A stretch of DNA of 64,000 nucleotides from the human T2T-CHM13v2.0 reference genome, Homo sapiens: NCBI RefSeq assembly GCF_009914755.1, contig NC_060927.1; one strand, written 5' to 3'. A program made the translations under genes and the position numbers. The notes below the pieces were generated by a model. The model was not told the DNA's origin. It worked only from the letters and a program-made list of their open reading frames with translations, and searched no databases. Shown in pieces: positions 37,546 through 51,388 of the stretch; position 1 is the stretch's first letter, and each line of letters opens with the position of its first letter.

Positions 37546-39782
37546 ATTATAATAATGCTAATACAATTATTGTCTTATTAATATTTGTTTTATTGGATTT
37601 TTTATTGATATACTGATTTTCCTATGAGTTGTGCAGCCTCCACTATTATCCTACATTTTACTAAATTCATAAAATCTGACAGCAGCTTGCTAGTGTTAAT
37701 CATATTATCTGTTGCCCCTGGGATCTTATGAGACAATGGCCTTGACCTCATTAAAATGAGGTCATAAAACGAGATAGGTCCAAGTCAGTTGGTGACTGCT
37801 CTTACTGGAGTAATTATACTATATGATTCTTAGCTCGTCTTTGGTCTAAAAGGATAACAATGGTACTTGTTTGTACAGCACCAACACAGCATTATCCTGC
37901 AACTCGAATTTAAAGCTATCAATTGATAATAATTATTCCTTGAAACAGTAAAATGTTTAATTTCATTTACATTTCATTAGCGTCATTATCACTCATATCA
38001 CTAATAGTGCAAAACTTTACTTTTTTGGTAACTTGAAAAAGTAATATTTTTAGGCATGGAAAATTGAAGGAATTACATTAATTCTTTAAATTAATTAATT
38101 TCTCTAGAGATATCTTCCTTTGATGCTCAAAGAAAATGAGCAATCATTTGTTTCCAGTGTGTGTTGTTTACTGGACCCCTTTCTGTTAGTGTTTTTAATA
38201 ATTGGGAGTAAAGGATAGTCTAATTCACTGTATATTACTGAAGAAATCTCCTATATATCCAACTGTGAACTGTTGATAAGTCATGATATTGGCATAAAGA
38301 AGTAGGTAAGACTGCACATGTGTGATTTATACATGTATTTCTGTGTTTTCTCCTGCCATCTGTACAGTGGCAGAGAAGCTGAACCACATACCTCAGTTTA
38401 TTTAATGACCATATTTAACTCCCACAGTGTTCCCAGCATGCAATAAAATTATATTAATGATTACAAGGAAAACATTAATAAAGAAGTAAATCAGAGAGCT
38501 TGTGGGTTCAGCCAAAATGAACTTCCTAGTTCATGCTGGCCCATGTGAATAGGGATCTGATTCAGGTTAAGTTTTCATTACCTTATTTCTCCATTTGGAA
38601 GGCTGTATGAATACTAATGAAAGCAAAGTGGTCTCAAGATGGGTAAACATGCAGAACCTAATAGTATGAGGTTTTCAGTAGTTCCACATGGAATTATAAT
38701 AATACAATAAACACAGTGGTGAGGTATTAATAATAAATATGTAAATGATTTACTCTTAAAAATAGCTGTTCTTCAAAGGTGAGAAGCCCTTATTTAATTA
38801 TTTGTGCTGAGTAGCTTGGAGAAATGCTGATTTCAGTGCTTATGTGTTCCTTGGGAATGAGGCAGGCAGGTTAAAATGAAAACAAGCCAAATAATCAAAC
38901 AGCACAAGTATGTGGGTTGTTGAAGTTTTTTTGTTTGCCTGCATGCTGATTTACATGCCTGAGCAAAATGGAAAAAATAGAGCGTTCAGGCCTATTAGAA
39001 CAGAGCCTTCCTTTTGCAAATAGACCATGATTAGAATACATAGTGATATGATGTTGGATATAGATTCTCTGAAATGAAATTAAGTCTCTTTGGGCCCATT
39101 CTTACTGCTGAATTTTATGGGAGGAAGTGGATTCTCTAGTGGGACTGTTAAGGCCTGCATTCTAAGGAAATAAATGCATATTTAATGAGTTGCAACCACA
39201 TGTGAAGCCTCATGCTAGGCACTGTGGAAATAAAAAATAAAAGATGTAGTACTGATGCTGAAGGCATTGGACCAATTAGAGATATAAACTCATAACATGA
39301 AGTGCTAGAAATAATAGAGTCGTTGAAATTGGATTTGAATTTGAATCCGGGATCACCTGTCAGTTCAATGACGTGCGCAATTTACTAAAAAAACACTTTG
39401 AGTTTCACTTTCATATCTCTATAAGAGGACTAATGAAACCTAACTTGCAGGCTTAAAATGATTATAAACAATTATTTGCAAGAAGCCATGAGCCAGAAAA
39501 TACACTGTGCATTTTTCACACAACCTGTGAATTGCTCCAAATTGCCACTATATTGTAATATAACTGACCTCTCAAAAAATTTCAGTAAAAAGCTAAACTG
39601 CTATGATGAAAACATCCTAAAGTACAGTGGCTCCAACAAGATAAAAGTTTTTCTCTAACATCACCATCTAGGGCAGGTAGGCAGACTCTGATCCAGGAAG
39701 TCATCTAGTGATCTCAGTGAGTGGGTCTGCTTTTGTTCTAGCTGCACTTAATTTCAGCCATATACAAGGAAAGAGATAAATA

Positions 39783-39828
39783 TCAGGATGGTGCAAAAGT
39801 AACTGTGGTCTTTGCCATTACTTTTAAT
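39783..39828 (+). mobile_element. Truncated MADE1 (Hsmar1-derived MITE), one arm
   Basis: caggatggtgcaaaagtaactgtggtctttgccattacttttaat matches the MADE1 first arm ttaggttggtgcaaaagtaattgcggtttttgccattacttttaat. Confidence 0.75.
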
Positions 39829-40079
39829 AAGTTTAAGGTACATGTTTTTAAAGAAAACAAGCTATAGGTTGGCTGCATTCATTTTGTCACATTTCATTAG
39901 TGAGGATTTACTCACGTGGTGAAAACTAGGGATATGAGAGCCTGCAAAGTGTGCTGTATAATCATATGCCCAGGAATTTAAAAAAATTGATTTGGAGAGA
40001 GCATTTGTTTGCCACATTTGTTCGCAGTTACATAGCAATAATGTAGTTAAATTTTGAAAGTTTATTTCTGCTGGTAGTT

Positions 40080-41160
40080 GAATCCCAAATTCATATCTCC
40101 AGATTATATTTATCTTCTAAGGTCCGTAGCAATAAATCCCTCTCCCTTACTTAAATCATCTTCTTGCAGGTCTCAGAGCCATTGCATACTTAACAAGTAT
40201 ACATCTTATCTCTTGATCTACTTTGTAAATCTGGTTCCTTTTCAGTGGTTTCCTACACCAATGGAGCATTTAGTTAGGCAAACCAGACACAGCAGCATTG
40301 CCTTTATCAGTCTCTACTCCCTCATCTCCCAAAGCCAGTTGAAAAACAAGCCCTGAAGCCTTTGCCTTCTAAACACAGCACAACTCTAGCTACCTCCCTG
40401 TCTTCCCACGGATCCACTCTAAACCATGGCACTATCCTCTCTTACCTGATCTAAGGTACTAGCTTCCCAAATCTTTTACTCACGTCCACCTTTGTGACTT
40501 GTCTAATCTCCACATCACAGCCAGAGATGATGTTGTGGATGGAGTTTTGTTCTGTTTTGTTTTACATTCTAAAAATCTGATATTATGCCCCTACTTAAAA
40601 TTTCTCAATGACTTTCACATGCATGTTCTTAGTTGAAGACAAGTACAAAATGCTTCAATGTCACCTACAAACCCCTCGATGTTCTGGGCCTAACAATGTT
40701 CTGGCACCTCCTCCTACATATGCTGACTCATCTCATATTTTACTTTGACTTCTTCCATATGGACCGCTTGTTGATTTCCCCTAAGTCCCGCTCCATCTCC
40801 CAGCACAAGGTCTTTTCATACATGGTTTTCTCTGCACATGTTGTTCTTTCCCCCCATTTTCACTGAACTCTCTCCTGTTTACCAAATAGATTTCAGCTCA
40901 ATAGTTAATATCTAAAGAAAGGTTTCCTCTAGGCTTTTTGATATCATTATATTTTCTTATATAGATTCCAGGTACAATAAACATGTTATTCTAATAACAC
41001 AATAGCAATATTGCATTGATTTCTTTGATTATTTGTTTAGTTGTCTCTCTACCTACCAGACTGAGGTCTATGCATATACACTGACATATTTTTTTCACTG
41101 TAGATTACTAAAGCTTAATATGTCTAGATGGTTCATAATAAACATTCTATAGGTATTTTT
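40080..41160 (+). mobile_element. L2 long 3' fragment
   Basis: ccacatcacagccagagatgat..., aaaattctcaatgactttc-type L2 motifs ending in an L2 tail. Confidence 0.7.
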
Positions 41161-42004
41161 AGAAGAACTATATTAAAATATTTTATTTCAAAATGAAAAT
41201 ATGTCTCATTTGTTTCAAACGAGTAGTAAAAAATAGTGAACATCATAAAAATTCAGAAGATAAAGAAATAATATCAAATTGAAAGGATAAAGACTGGCAT
41301 CACCAATAATGCAATTTTTAAGGTATGTAATGAATGAGAAAAAGCTTTTTGAAAGACAAGAAGAATATATACAGAATTCGGATAACAAGAAAGGCAAGAG
41401 CCAATATGGAAAGTTTCTATATTACTGGTGCTCAAGGTGACAGTGGCTAGACCAGATTGATTAAAAGGGAGCATTTTTGTAGGAAAATTATGAACATGAA
41501 AAGTTGAGAATCAAATTACATCTATGTTAGTAAGGAAAATCTAGAAGATGGATTTAGTGAATGCAAAAACTTAGTTCACTTAGGGATCCAGAGAAGAAAG
41601 TTAAGGGGAAGTATAGATGAAGAAGGAAGAATATGAGATGAGAAGATACTGGGGCTGTTTACTGAGACATTTTGTGTCAATTTAGGTGATAAGGGTAGAA
41701 ACAGAGAAAAAAGCAGCTGAAAAAGAATCATTTTTAAAAATGACTTTCTTTTCAGAATGACATCAAATCAAAGGTGTCTACAACACTATTAAAATGTGGA
41801 AGTTGAGCCCAGGAAATAGGCCAGGCATAGATTATGAGTCATCATCATAAAGAACTCAAATGAAAGAAATAAAAAGGACCTTTAAAAAAGAAAACAGAGA
41901 ATGAGACAGCAGGAGGCTTAAACTGAACGGTTGAAAAGTTCTATATCAAGGATATCAGAGAAAGCATAAGACATAGCAAAGTTATATAAGAGCTGTATTA
42001 AGAG

Positions 42005-42430
42005 TATGGTAAAGTTGGTGAGGTACTTATGAGATCTCCCTTCAAGGAAGTGCAGTGTAGACATCTTTCAGCTGTCAGCTCCTTCAAGATTTGTCTCTGC
42101 TGCAGAAAGCTGGTCCAACCAAGGTCACACTATTCCAAGAGCAGCCTGAACACAGTGACTGAGAAAGGCAGAAGTATAAGCATCTGACATCTCAGTCAGA
42201 TACAAGCCAATTCTGATGGCCAATACTCTTTCCAGAGTCTCTTGCACCCACACCTGGTTGGCCAATGCTATGTCAGACATTCATTACAGTTGGACTTCTG
42301 CCCAGTCCTGCTTCCTCCTTCTTCCTGTCATAGGTATTGATCCATTAAAAAACAAAACGAACAAACAAACAAAAACTTTGCATCCCAAAGCCCACCTCAG
42401 CATGGGCTTACTCAGAGACCCAACTGTGAT
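42005..42430 (+). mobile_element. LTR16-type (ERVL) solo LTR
   Basis: agatctcccttcaagga...gctgtcagctccttcaag...ttctgcccagtcctgcttcct...ctcagcatgggctt..cagagacccaact. Confidence 0.7.
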
Positions 42431-42775
42431 AAGAGCTGGGAGAAAGAGCATACGAGCTTCAAGGATGTATTTCATAATAATCATTTAGGTATAAATAGAA
42501 CATTACCAGTCTCAGATAACATTTACATGAGTTCTTTTTGATACCTCATGTCCCTTTTTCAAAGTTGTTGAGTCATTTCAGGAAATTGAGTCTTAGGGAT
42601 TTAATTTCTTCCATGAATTGATTCTGCTTGTTGGATGTGTGAATCTGGAACTCAGAAGAGGAGTGATCAGGAATCATCCAGTTACTCTTCCTGAAAGCTA
42701 TACCACTTTTGTGGCAGAACCAGGGCCACAAATAAGAACTTCTGTCTCTAAGCAGAAGTTCTTTTCATTTCATCC

Positions 42776-43774
42776 TGTTGTGGGAAGTCAGGGACACTGA
42801 ACAGAGGGACCAACTGGAGCCACGGCAGAGGAACATCAATTGTGAAGATTTCATGGACATTTATCAGTTCCCAAATAATACTCTTATAATTTCTTACACC
42901 TGTCTTACTTTATTGTCTTAATCCTGTTATCTTTGTAGGCTGAGGATGTACATCACCTCAGGATCACTATTGTGTTAACTGTACAAATTGATTGTAAAAC
43001 ATGTGTGTTTGAACAATATGAAATCAGTGCACCTTGAAAAAGAACAGAATAACAGCTATTTTCAGGGAACAAGGGAAGACAACCATAAGGTCTGACTGCC
43101 TGTGGGGTTGGGCAAAATAGAGCCATATTTTTCTTCTTGCAGAGAGCCTATAAATGGACGAGCAAGTAGGGAAGATATCGCTAAATTCTTTTCCTAGCAA
43201 GGAATATTAATAATTAATACCCTGGGTAAAGAATGCATTCCTGGGGAGAGGTCTATAAACGGCCGCTCTGGGAGCGTCTGTCTTATGCGGCTGAGACAAG
43301 GACTGAAATATGCCTTGGTCTTCTGCAGTACCTCCAGGTTTACTAGGGTGGGGAAAAACCCCACCCTGGAAAATTTGAGGTCAGACCAGTTCTCTGATCT
43401 CAAGCCCTGTTTTCTGTTGTTTAAGATGTTTATCAAGACAATACGTGCACCGCTGAACATAAACTCTTATCAGTAATTCTGCTTTTGCCCTTTGCATGTG
43501 ATCTTTATTCTCCTTTTTGCCCTTTGAAGCATGTGATCTTTGTGACCTACTCCCTGTTGTTGCACCCCCTCCCCTTTTGAAATCCTTAATAAAACTTGCT
43601 GGCTTTTAAGGCTCAGGTGGGCATCACGGGTCCTACTGATACGCGATGTCACTCTCAGTGGCCCAGCTGTAAAACTCCTCTGTTTGTGCTCTTTCTCTTT
43701 ATTTCTCAGATTGGCTGACACTTATGGAATAGAAAGAACCTACGTTGAAATATTGGGGGCAGGTTCCCACGATA
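42776..43774 (+). mobile_element. MER11 solo LTR (HERV-K/HML-8 group)
   Basis: tgttgtgggaagtcagggac...tattgggggcaggttcccacgata; perfect 6-bp TSD tcatcc at 42770-42775 and 43775-43780; aataaa at ~43588. Confidence 0.93.
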
Positions 43775-46700
43775 TCATCCTGCTGCAAATAAAGAGGAAA
43801 GTTTATGTAAAATCCTGAACAGCGTCAGATGTTTGAGTAAAGAGAATGACAACTGGCATAACTGATATATTGCTAAAGCTTCTTAGAAAAACCTGAGTTT
43901 TAAATATAAAAGTTGTGAAGATATTGGTACACTCCAAGATTCCTGCAACATGCCTACACTGAAATTCACTTTTATATATAAATAGATAATTCATTTTACA
44001 GCATATAGATAAAATAAGGCACAATCTTTTTCAGAAATCATGTTCTTTCCATAACTTTGACTATTTAGCAGGATAGACAAACATTCAAATAGAATGTTTG
44101 TTCAATAAACAAAAGACTGTAAAAGGGAATGGCAATGGTTAATTTCCAGTAGATACAACAGCACAGTCTCTTATAGTGTCTAGGATTCCCTAGAACTTTA
44201 TTGTTTCTAAATAAGTCTACCTCAAAGCATCTCATCAGGCGATTTCATAATGTATACTTGTAGACTTTAAAGAATCAGCCCAAATGAAATCAAGGTAATT
44301 CATGAATGTTATGTAATTAAAAGAAAGGCATTGAAAAAATATATAGGTTTCTTGGATTGGAGGCGATTTGTAGCTGAAGAGTAAATAAATATATATAAAA
44401 TGTATCATTTGGAAATACATGATATTTTAACTTCAGGAGGGAGACTTTTATCATTTAGAATTATTTCTACTATATATAACAAAAACAATTCTACAAACTC
44501 AGACTGCTTTCAAGAATAAGGAAGGTTATCGTACCTAATACAAAACTGAAAGGTTGGCAATGACTCAGGTTTGGATAATTCAATGGCTAATGATGCTTTC
44601 TGTCTAAATACTCTGTCATAATTACTCTCAGCTTCATCGTAAGGCTGCTGTCTGTTGAATTTTAAGATGGCTGTCCACAGGAGCAACGTCGTTATTTTTT
44701 TAAAAATATCCAGTGGGAGACAGATAAGCCCTCAAAAAAAAATGAGTGATCACTCCCTCAATTTTCCCAAGGATTGTATAGCTAGTTTCTTTTTATATTA
44801 GTAGGATATATTAATTAATTTCATACTATGGATGCCTTCAAACATTCATTCTTTTATGACCGAACATGTCTAGGAAGGGCTGGCTAGTAAGCTAACAGAA
44901 TCATATTAGGGCTATGATAGGAAAGAGGATAGGAGATACTGCATACCCCATGGGTAGGAAGCCAATGGTAACCACTAGATATATTTATTGTATTGCACCT
45001 ATCAAAATTCCACTGCAAGATACTCCCTTCTTTACTTTTAAATCTGGAAAGATTGATCTTGGTTTATCACTAGTACATTTAAAGATGGGTGTTTTATATC
45101 ATTTATCTTCCTTCACCCTGCTGGGTCTCAGTAACAATCCTTGAATATTATTTATCTTGGTTTGATTCACATTTTCTCAGCAGTTGCCTTCAACGTGGCT
45201 CTTGTTTCTTCACTTCTTATTTATTAAGCAGCAAATGTATGACATTGTTTGGTTTAGTTCTTTCCAATTCAATTCAACAATGTTTGCCTCAAACCATCCT
45301 TCTTCATTGAGCCATCTTTATCCTGTACTATTCTCTTCTTCTCACTTGGGTACATTAGCAATGACTGTATAATAGGATTCAATTTCTTTTATCTCCCATG
45401 CATTCAGAAGTCATCTGATATCATTTGCTTCCATCCATTTTGGGTCCGTTCAGAGATTATTTATCTTGATTTCTTTTTTCTCACTGAGAAATTATGGAGT
45501 TAATGCCACATGCTAGCCTTTTCTGTAGGACACTATTTCTGATCAAGATATTAGACATTTACACATGAACACTCTAGAGACTACTCAGCTTCAGTTGAGT
45601 CAGCTATGTATTTTCATCACATCATACAAATTCTACTAAAAATATACTCTAATGTTGAAAAATAGAAATAAAAAGAAGTGACCAAGGACATCCTTGGGGT
45701 AGATTACTTAAAGCACACACTTTAAAAAATATTTTTTTTCCTGGATAAAATTCTCTATATGTGATTGCAGGCAATATTTTGCAGAATCTGCCTCTTACTC
45801 CTCCAAGAAGAAAACAAGATTGAATATTTTATGAGGTTCTGACAAAGTATTTACACCTCATTGGTAACTGTTGCCTTCAATATAAAGCATCTGCAAGTAC
45901 AAGGTCTGGATTTGCCCTCAGCACAAGCATTGAAATTTGCCTGCCCAGAAGATATGCTACAAGACATCCTTTCCAATTCCAGTTAAAGTTTAACATTGAA
46001 AAGTCTATAGGTAAAGTGGCTGAAAGCTTTATAATTGCATGATGGACAAATTATATTCATTTAATAGCTAATGTACATAGTTCTTTGCTAATTTATACCA
46101 AAACCAGTCACAACTCTAGCTCATCACTGCATTCGGTAATTTACATTTCAAAGAGACTATCTGGTACTATTTCAAAGAGTTTATGTTTTTCTGATTAAAA
46201 AAAAAACAATTGCTTAAATCTTTTTCTCTCCTGGTGTTCTACTTAAAATTCAGTTATGTATTTAAATCATTTTTATAACTCAGTGTTTTTCAATAGTAAC
46301 TCCCATTAGAACTTCTGAGAATATTCTACCAGGAGATTCTACCTTGTTGCTTGGCAGGAGATTCTACCAAGCAACATGGGTTTTTTGAAATGGATACACA
46401 TATAGAAATAGATTCACACATATAAACTCTAAGATTTGTTTTTCAGGTTATGTAAACCATTTGGTTTTAGACATAAGAATTTTGGCAATTTTACTTCAGA
46501 TTATATTATTGATGCCATCAAGGCCCATCTCCCTTAGAAATATAACAATTGGGGTGCTCACCTGGCTAGGCAGGTAAACAGTGGTCATAGTGACATCAGA
46601 TAACCCGTTAGCCCTCATCAGAGTCTTTAAACAACTGGTGCAACACTGAAGTGGTAACCTTTTCTGGTTCATAGAATCTTTGAGAATAACCCTGATTTCA

Positions 46701-49700
46701 TGACATTTCAGAGCACGTCATAAGGACAGAATATATCTCCCTCAGAGAGTGATACAAAGAATACAAAAATAAAAACATTTAAATATGCAATTGCAAAATA
46801 TTGTCCATACTCTCTTCCCATCTTCCCAGTTGTATTTTCTTCCCTTCACCATAACATTATGTCAAAAAAGAAAAAAGAAAAGGAAGGGAAAAAAGGCAAT
46901 AGAGAAGGTCATTTCTGGTTCTTTTAGGGAAATTTATCATTTTTTAACAATCAGTGGTCTACACTGCCAATTAGGTGATATTGTCCAGATTCCAGAGTAT
47001 TTCAAGAGGGTTTGCAATGTTGCCCAAATTCAAAACTGTCATTGATATATTCTCTGTGCTTTAGAGGGTCTATATTCAAATAGAATACAATATGAAAGAG
47101 CCTTCTGGAACTGTGCCATTTAGCGGTGCTGGTTCTAAAACCTAGGTACATTCTCACATTGTCTAGTATTCATAAATCCCTAGTTAATTGGGTGTCATAT
47201 ATTAGAGAACAAAAAGCCTGACTCTCATTAAGAAGTCAAATAAAATGTGGAGTATGGAAGAAAGAACTCTTTAGCAGTAGAATACCTACACACAGCCTGA
47301 GTGAACCTGGAGGTTTGTAGCAAAAAGAAAAATAAGGACCCTTTAGTGAAAGTTTTCCTACAGAGCTAAATTTGTTGAATTTAAAGAAATGTTTTTTAAT
47401 TTTCCAATTAGGTCTTGGCAATTTTTTAAAATGAGCAAAACTATGACAACAAACTCATTTAAAAATATTATTTGAGATACTATGAGATACAGTAGTTTGG
47501 AAACTACTGTTATAAGACAGTAAGATTAAAAAAAATTGATTATCATCTTTCATGTATATACCAGCTCACTCAACTTCATAACCATTCCTGGTTTGAAGGG
47601 AGGAAAGACCAGTGGAAATACATTTGACATGTTTTTGTGCCCATTATGGTTTATTGCAATTCTATTTTGATGTTAGTCCCTCACATGTTTACTACCAGAC
47701 TTCTAACAAAGACAAATAGTAATAATCAATAGTGATGACATTAAAGCATTTCATTCAAATATTTCAAAGCACGTTAGAGCCATAGAATCTGCTTTATATA
47801 CTAAGACAGTTTTAAAAGTTTCATAAAATAATGTTTTGTGGAGGTGAATGGCAATTATTCTAATTCTGAAATTCACAATTGTAATTCTTGTTTTATATTA
47901 AGTGACTTACAAAGTGTACCATAAAATATAATCATGATGTTATTTTCAGTGTTATAATAGTCAATTATGTGTTACATTATTTTTATTGTTTTACTCGTGT
48001 ACATGCAGGATTCTTGGAAGGATTTTTGAGTTCCTCAAAGGCAGAGTTTGTTATATTTCTTTTGATCAACGAAAAAACCCATTTCAGGGTTGTTTGCATA
48101 ATTGGAGCTAAGGAAATACTTCTTATATTCTGTTTAATAATATGTTTAACTTTGAGAGGTAAATATTTTAAAAATATTTGGAAGCATTAACCTAGATATT
48201 ATAGACAAATTTTTAAAAAGTTTTTGTAAGTGTATATTTCTATCCCAAAGACTGAAATAGAGTGGCAGAGGGTCGTGAAGAGAGAAATTAGGTTCAATAT
48301 AACTTTCTGTTTATGTACGTTGAGCATGGAAATCAAAATTTTACTGCTACATTTTAAAGCAATAAACTGTGCTATTCTTATTAATATACTTCAAAACTGG
48401 TTTAATAATAGTATGACTATGTGATAGCTAAATAAATAAAATAAGGTGCCACAGTAACTAATAAGCACAGCAGTTTTTACAACATGTAGTGTCTTAAACT
48501 GTAATATAATTAAGAAAATTTACTTTAACTGTCTTAATTTCTTCTTACTTCAAATACTTTCACACAATCCAGACTATCCACCGAATGACATTTAATTTTT
48601 TTTTCATATTATGAGTTTTTTACTCTTTAACCATTACAGAATTTGCTCTTGCTCTTCAACCATCTGGAAACCTTAAAATCCAAGCTTTTGAAAGAACTCA
48701 ATGCTAGTGCTTTTAAAAAATGGATTGATTTCTTCCATGCTTTCTTTGTTCTCTTCTATAATTAACTCTAAGAATTTTTAAAGCATTTATATTAAATTTT
48801 CATATCTGATTTTGAAGCTACAATATGTATTTTCATAAACATACTGATATTATGCCTTTGAACCACTTCCCCACATTTGGAAATAATTGACAGAAATAAT
48901 CCCATGACTAACTGCTATTTTATAGGTTTGTGTAGTTACATGGTGTATATTTTATCTGACTGTGGCCAATTTTATTTATATAGGTGCAAAAGTGTTATTC
49001 ATTAACGCACATAAGCCTCCTTGGTCTATGGTCAGTAAATCTAAAGCCCTGTAAAATATCCATATGATGAGTCTGCAAGACGTTATTTATCTTTTCTTTC
49101 TTTTTATGTTTTCTAAGTCATCTTCTCTGAGAACAAAAAACCACCTATTTCTACTAGTTTTTGTCTTCAGTATTTACAAGAGTTTTTCCCCTTCCTCCAA
49201 GATCTCCCAAATTTGTCAGTGCCCTAGTATGCCGGGAAGTCATATTTAATGCCTGAGAGGCTTTCTAAGAATTGTTTCCACATGTGAAATACAGACCCTA
49301 TTCCTTAATGGTGAGCTTGTCAGACCAGATTAGTTGAGATTTATATTAAAATGTGACATTTCTGATTGAGTTCACAGTTACAAATTCAGTTTGTCCTATA
49401 TTACATCCTGGTAGGAGTATGCATTTTTATCAAACACAGAAATAAGTGCATTGCCATAAATGTAAAGAAAGCCAGTGAAGGCATCCTGTATATATTCTAG
49501 CCAACATATCGAGGAATTTTATGGACACAGTCAATTCATATCTGCCATTTTGTGCAGATAACCTGTCTTTTCAAAACAATGGGGGGCACTTTCAGTGCTT
49601 ATTTACTTTTTATTAGCAAATAAACTGTGCTTTTAAAATGTAAAAGTCATGAATTTCTTAAATTCATATCTTTAGTTCTTTGATCACTTCTAAATCAGCA

Positions 49701-50564
49701 CTCTTCATTCTATGATTTATCAGCTCCTGGAAATGTATAGCCTTTTACTAATGAGACAAATTTTTCTGTAGACTTTTAACTTTGTTACTTTTCTTTTCTC
49801 TTGTGAATTGCATTTTTGTAGAAAATTGTTAATTGTCTTTTTAAATTTTTGTGCACTGATAATTGAAACATTTCCTAATTTGATAATTTACTTATAGCAT
49901 AAATATTATATCTGCATCTTCTTATTGAATTCAAACCTACAACTCAATTTCGGCTACCTACTAAGCCTGTTATCTAAATAGGTTTTCTTCCTTTATAGGG
50001 AGGTAAGCTATCCATCTTACTTTAGAAAAAAAAAAAAATTAATGCTTTCAGCTTGAGTGGATGTGGAAAACTATTGTTGTACTTTAATTAAGCAAATGCA
50101 TTGGGGGGAATTTTGAATAAAAATAAGAAAATCCATTAGAGATAATTGGAAATAAGGTATAATTTTAGTGGTACAAAAATAAAGATTGCTCTATAAATAC
50201 ACCAATACATAATGGGATTTCTTGGCTGATTCAGTATTTACAAGTCATAAATTCACTTGCAAAGATATTAGGCAATACAGAAACTGCAAGTTAAAATGAT
50301 GAATTCTCTGTCAGATGAAAATCAATCCAAAGTAAATAAAACACATCTCAAAAATTATAAAACTAAAACAATTCAAATTATAAATTAAATTTTAAAAATT
50401 ATTAATTTAGGATTTTTTAAGAAAACTATTATGTTCAGTGAGCTGTTCTTTGTAACTCTTTCTATAAAATGTAGTGGCCCAAAACAATGACTTTCCCTTT
50501 GGAAAGTGATTGCTTTAGTCGTAAGGAATAATTTTAATATTTAGAGATTTTTTAAAGTGTTGCT

Positions 50565-50954
50565 ATTTTAGTCCAATTTGGATTGCTGTAAAGGAACACT
50601 TGAGGCTAGGTAATTTATAAAGAAAAGAAGTTTTTTTGGCTCTTGGTTCTGCAGGCTGAACAAGAAGGATGGCATCACTATCTGCTTCTGGTAAGGACCT
50701 CAAGAAGGTTCTATTCATGGCAGAAGGTGAAGGAGGAACGGAAGTGTCACAAAGCGAGTGAGTGAGGAGCGGAGGAAGGTGTCAAGCTCTTTTGAACAAC
50801 CAGCTGTCTCTTGAACTAATAAAGCAATAAGCACCAAGTCTGTTCATAAGAGATCTGCCCTCACAAACCAAACACCTCCTACCAGGACCCACCTCCAAGT
50901 GGGAATCAAATTTCAACATGAGATTTGGAGGGGATAAATATCAAAACCATATCA
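50565..50954 (-). mobile_element. MST (MaLR) solo LTR
   Basis: ttagtcc...gattgctgtaaaggaacacttgaggctaggtaatttataaag...tttcaacatgagatttggaggggataaatatcaaaaccatatca. Confidence 0.88.
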
Positions 50955-51388
50955 ATTGGCTTCTTAAATTGGTGAGGTTGCATTAAATTGGAATTAGACC
51001 TGCTTTTTAAAGAGCTTCATAAAATGTTTCTTTCAGATCAGTACGTGCTGACTTATTTTGACCTTTACAGGAGGAGTAAGGATTCACCGAATTTTTACTT
51101 TTTACAGGAGACTTTAGAGACCATTTAACTGATGGTCTTTATACAGTTGCAGTCACTATGGGCCACACAGATTAAATGATTTCAGTCACACAATCAATAG
51201 CAATAGTCTGGTGCTCTAGTTGTTTTAAACACTGATTTGGTAACAAATCAGTTACCGAAATGTTAGCTAAAAGGGTAGCCTCTTTTTTAAACTGAAAAAG
51301 TATATATAAATATGAAAGATAAAAATAATAGAAAAGTAGAAGACAGTCAAGGGGTTTGTATATATCTAATTGAGCCAAATCTCTTATA

